Below are positions 62,250-64,000 of a stretch of DNA of 64,000 nt, piece after piece (positions within the stretch are counted from its first letter, which is position 1; each line of letters starts with the position of its first letter). The translations under genes were made by a program, and so were the position numbers. Source of the stretch: Betaproteobacteria bacterium. GTDB taxonomy: Bacteria; Pseudomonadota; Gammaproteobacteria; Burkholderiales; SHXO01. The notes under the pieces were generated by a model that was not told the origin of the DNA, did no database searches, and worked only from the letters and a program-made list of their open reading frames with translations. The stretch is from contig JANXRW010000037.1 in assembly GCA_025356655.1 (NCBI GenBank), positions 17,175 through 81,174 of the forward strand, in the 5' to 3' direction.

Positions 62250-63016
62250 CAGACTGAAAGGTAGGCGCGACGAATGGATTCGTCGGTTGCCAGATCGGCC
62301 ATGGCGGCCTGATGGCGAATCTGGCCCTTCTCAAGGACGTAGGCGCGATCGGATACGAGGTGCGCAAAGTGCATATTCTGCTCCGAGAGAAGGATACTCA
62401 CACCTTGCGCCTTCAGCGCCAGGATCATGTGTACCATCTGCTCGACGACGATGGGTGCCACCCCCTCGCTGGGCTCGTCGAGCAGCACGAGGTAGGGGTT
62501 GCCCATGAGTGTGCGTGCAACGGTGAGCATCTGCTGCTCGCCCCCGCTTAGGAGTCCCGCAGCGCGCCCGGGCCGCTCACCCAGGTTGGGGAACAGGGCG
62601 AAGAGCGCCTCAGGGACCCAGGCCGGCGCAGCGCTGCCGTCGGCCCAGGTGCGGCTGGGCTGACGGCCAACCTCCAGGTTCTCCAGGACGGTGAGGTCGC
62701 TAAAGATTCGCCGCTCCTCTGGCACATAGCCCAGGCCCGCCCGTGCGATCTGGTAGGGTGCGCAGCGCGACAGGTCCCGCCCCTGGAAATGCACGGCACC
62801 CGAACGGCGCGCCACCAGCCCCATCAGCGCCTTGAGCGTCGTGCTTTTTCCGGCCCCATTGCGGCCCATCAACGCCACCACCTCGCCACGGCGCACCTCC
62901 AGGCTCACGCCCCGAAGAATTTGGGCAAGGCCATACCAGGCATCCAGTGCGCGGACCTCGAGCAGGACCTCAGCCGGCAGCGGTGCCGCGACCGTGGCAC
63001 ATGCCCCACCGCTCAT
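62249..63016 (-). CDS. ABC transporter ATP-binding protein, LivF-like
   Basis: Walker A GRNGAGKSTT, signature LSGGEQQML and Walker B LVLLDEPS. There is an ATGA overlap with the upstream gene. Confidence 0.88.
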   Translation of the reverse strand: MSGGACATVAAPLPAEVLLEVRALDAWYGLAQILRGVSLEVRRGEVVALMGRNGAGKSTTLKALMGLVARRSGAVHFQGRDLSRCAPYQIARAGLGYVPEERRIFSDLTVLENLEVGRQPSRTWADGSAAPAWVPEALFALFPNLGERPGRAAGLLSGGEQQMLTVARTLMGNPYLVLLDEPSEGVAPIVVEQMVHMILALKAQGVSILLSEQNMHFAHLVSDRAYVLEKGQIRHQAAMADLATDESIRRAYLSV

Positions 63017-63789
63017 TGAGGCGCTCCTCGGCGCTTCTCGAAGCTCAGGCCAGTGCCGAAGTAAGCCTCCTGGACCGCCGGGTGCTCGCGAATCTCAGCC
63101 GGGCGCCCCGTGGCGATCAGTCGCCCGCGGGCCAGCACGATGACCCGATCCGCATGCGCGAAGACGACGTCCATGCTGTGCTCGGTGAACAGAACGGCCA
63201 TGCCACGCTCCGCCACGAGGCGCCGGGTCAGCACCATGAGTTCATGCCGCTCAGCCGATGCCATGCCGGCCGTGGGTTCGTCCATCAACAGCAGCCGCGG
63301 GCGGTTGGCTAGGGCGATGGCCAATTCCAAGCGCTTGACGTCCCCGTAGGCCAGCACGCTGCAGGGACGCTCGGCTTGGCCTTGCATGCCCACGTCCCGC
63401 AGCAAGCCAAGCGCCTGCTCGCGCTGAAAATCGCGCGCCGCACGCCACAGGTCGAAGACCCGCCCGGCGGCCGAGAGGAGCGCCATCTGCACGTTCTCGA
63501 CCACGCTGAGCGAGGCGAAGGTCTCTGCGATTTGAAAGGTGCGCCCGACCCCTTGCTTCCAGATTTCACGCGGGCGCAAGCCAATGAGATCCCGACCGCC
63601 GAGCCAAGCGGTGCCGCCATCGGCCCGAAGCTGGCCGTTGAGCAGGTTGAATGTGGTGCTCTTCCCGGCACCGTTTGGTCCGATCATCGCGAGGAGTTCG
63701 CCCTGGTCGATGTGGAAGTCGATGCCGTCGACCGCCAGGTTTCCACCAAAGCGCCTCTGCAGCCCGCGCACCTGGAGCAATGCCGTCAC
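63013..63789 (-). CDS. ABC transporter ATP-binding protein, LivG-like
   Basis: Walker A GPNGAGKSTT, RTFQIAETFASLSVVENV, and Walker B LLLMDEPTAG. GTG 63789 is in a GTGA overlap with the permease stop; ATG 63825 is possible. Confidence 0.88.
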   Translation of the reverse strand: MTALLQVRGLQRRFGGNLAVDGIDFHIDQGELLAMIGPNGAGKSTTFNLLNGQLRADGGTAWLGGRDLIGLRPREIWKQGVGRTFQIAETFASLSVVENVQMALLSAAGRVFDLWRAARDFQREQALGLLRDVGMQGQAERPCSVLAYGDVKRLELAIALANRPRLLLMDEPTAGMASAERHELMVLTRRLVAERGMAVLFTEHSMDVVFAHADRVIVLARGRLIATGRPAEIREHPAVQEAYFGTGLSFEKRRGAPQ

Positions 63790-64000
63790 CTGGCGCCGCC
63801 CCCCGGTCGCCCGCGCAGCTGCCACACCGCATCGCGCAGGAAGCCCACCATACCCATGGGGAAGGCCAGCACCAGCAGAAGGATGACGCCGCCAAGGAGC
63901 GCGCGCCAGTAGTCGGTGCTGCGAGCTACCGTGTCCTGAAGCCAGGTGAAGACAACCGCGCCCACCAAGGGACCCGAGAGCGTCTGAACCCCGCCCAGGA
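63786..64000 (-). CDS. Branched-chain-type ABC permease (LivM-like), C-terminal part only
   Basis: The minus frame is open to the right edge. It reads ...GPLVGAVVFTWLQDTVARSTDYWRALLGGVILLLVLAFPMGMVGFL... Confidence 0.7.
   Translation of the reverse strand, partial: LGGVQTLSGPLVGAVVFTWLQDTVARSTDYWRALLGGVILLLVLAFPMGMVGFLRDAVWQLRGRPGGGAR

Overview
High-GC chromosomal segment. Gene order suggests a betaproteobacterium, inferred from the aminotransferase-GNAT-hom-thrC block and the thrS-infC-rpmI-rplT-pheS-pheT-ihfA-merR-tRNA-Pro block. I can support about 55 intact protein genes and 2 tRNAs (initiator tRNA-fMet, tRNA-Pro GGG). I also call several promoters and terminators read directly from the sequence. 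There is no rRNA and no CRISPR array.

Main modules, left to right:
- gntR plus a PQQ alcohol dehydrogenase with the lanthanide-type WDYDG motif, plus a XoxJ-like binding protein fused to a cytochrome c. These lie next to a dead tyrosine integrase and tRNA-fMet.
- scpA-scpB-parA-like.
- A FliA-promoted cheV-cheV-cheY-cheZ-cheA-HDOD cluster.
- clpB with a sigma-32 promoter.
- A DUF3365 heme protein coupled to a haloacid dehalogenase.
- A graveyard of ISAs1 transposase and AbiEi/AbiEii remnants.
- Aminotransferase-GNAT-hom-thrC.
- GT1 glycosyltransferase plus a PEP-CTERM protein.
- A chemoreceptor whose only candidate sensor domain lies C-terminal to the signalling domain.
- HDAC and MoxR-DUF58-TgpA.
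- surE-pcm-nlpD.
- A hybrid kinase coupled to a REC-PAS-GGDEF-EAL protein.
- An orphan type IV pilin and a decayed nitronate monooxygenase.
- The thrS to tRNA-Pro translation block.
- A REC-HATPase protein.
- A collapsed iorA/iorB/cytochrome c operon.
- A Tat-signal nicotinamidase behind Liv-type ABC genes.

I did not find a clean, intact multi-gene system that I can call novel. The most unusual items are:
- the XoxJ::cytochrome c fusion next to a lanthanide-type dehydrogenase;
- the inverted-architecture chemoreceptor together with the CheW-less, double-CheV che cluster;
- an AT-rich promoter island embedded in the thrS coding sequence upstream of an AUC-initiated infC;
- the high load of genuinely decayed accessory genes next to intact housekeeping genes.

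All functional calls rest on motif-level recognition by eye. None has been checked by a database search.
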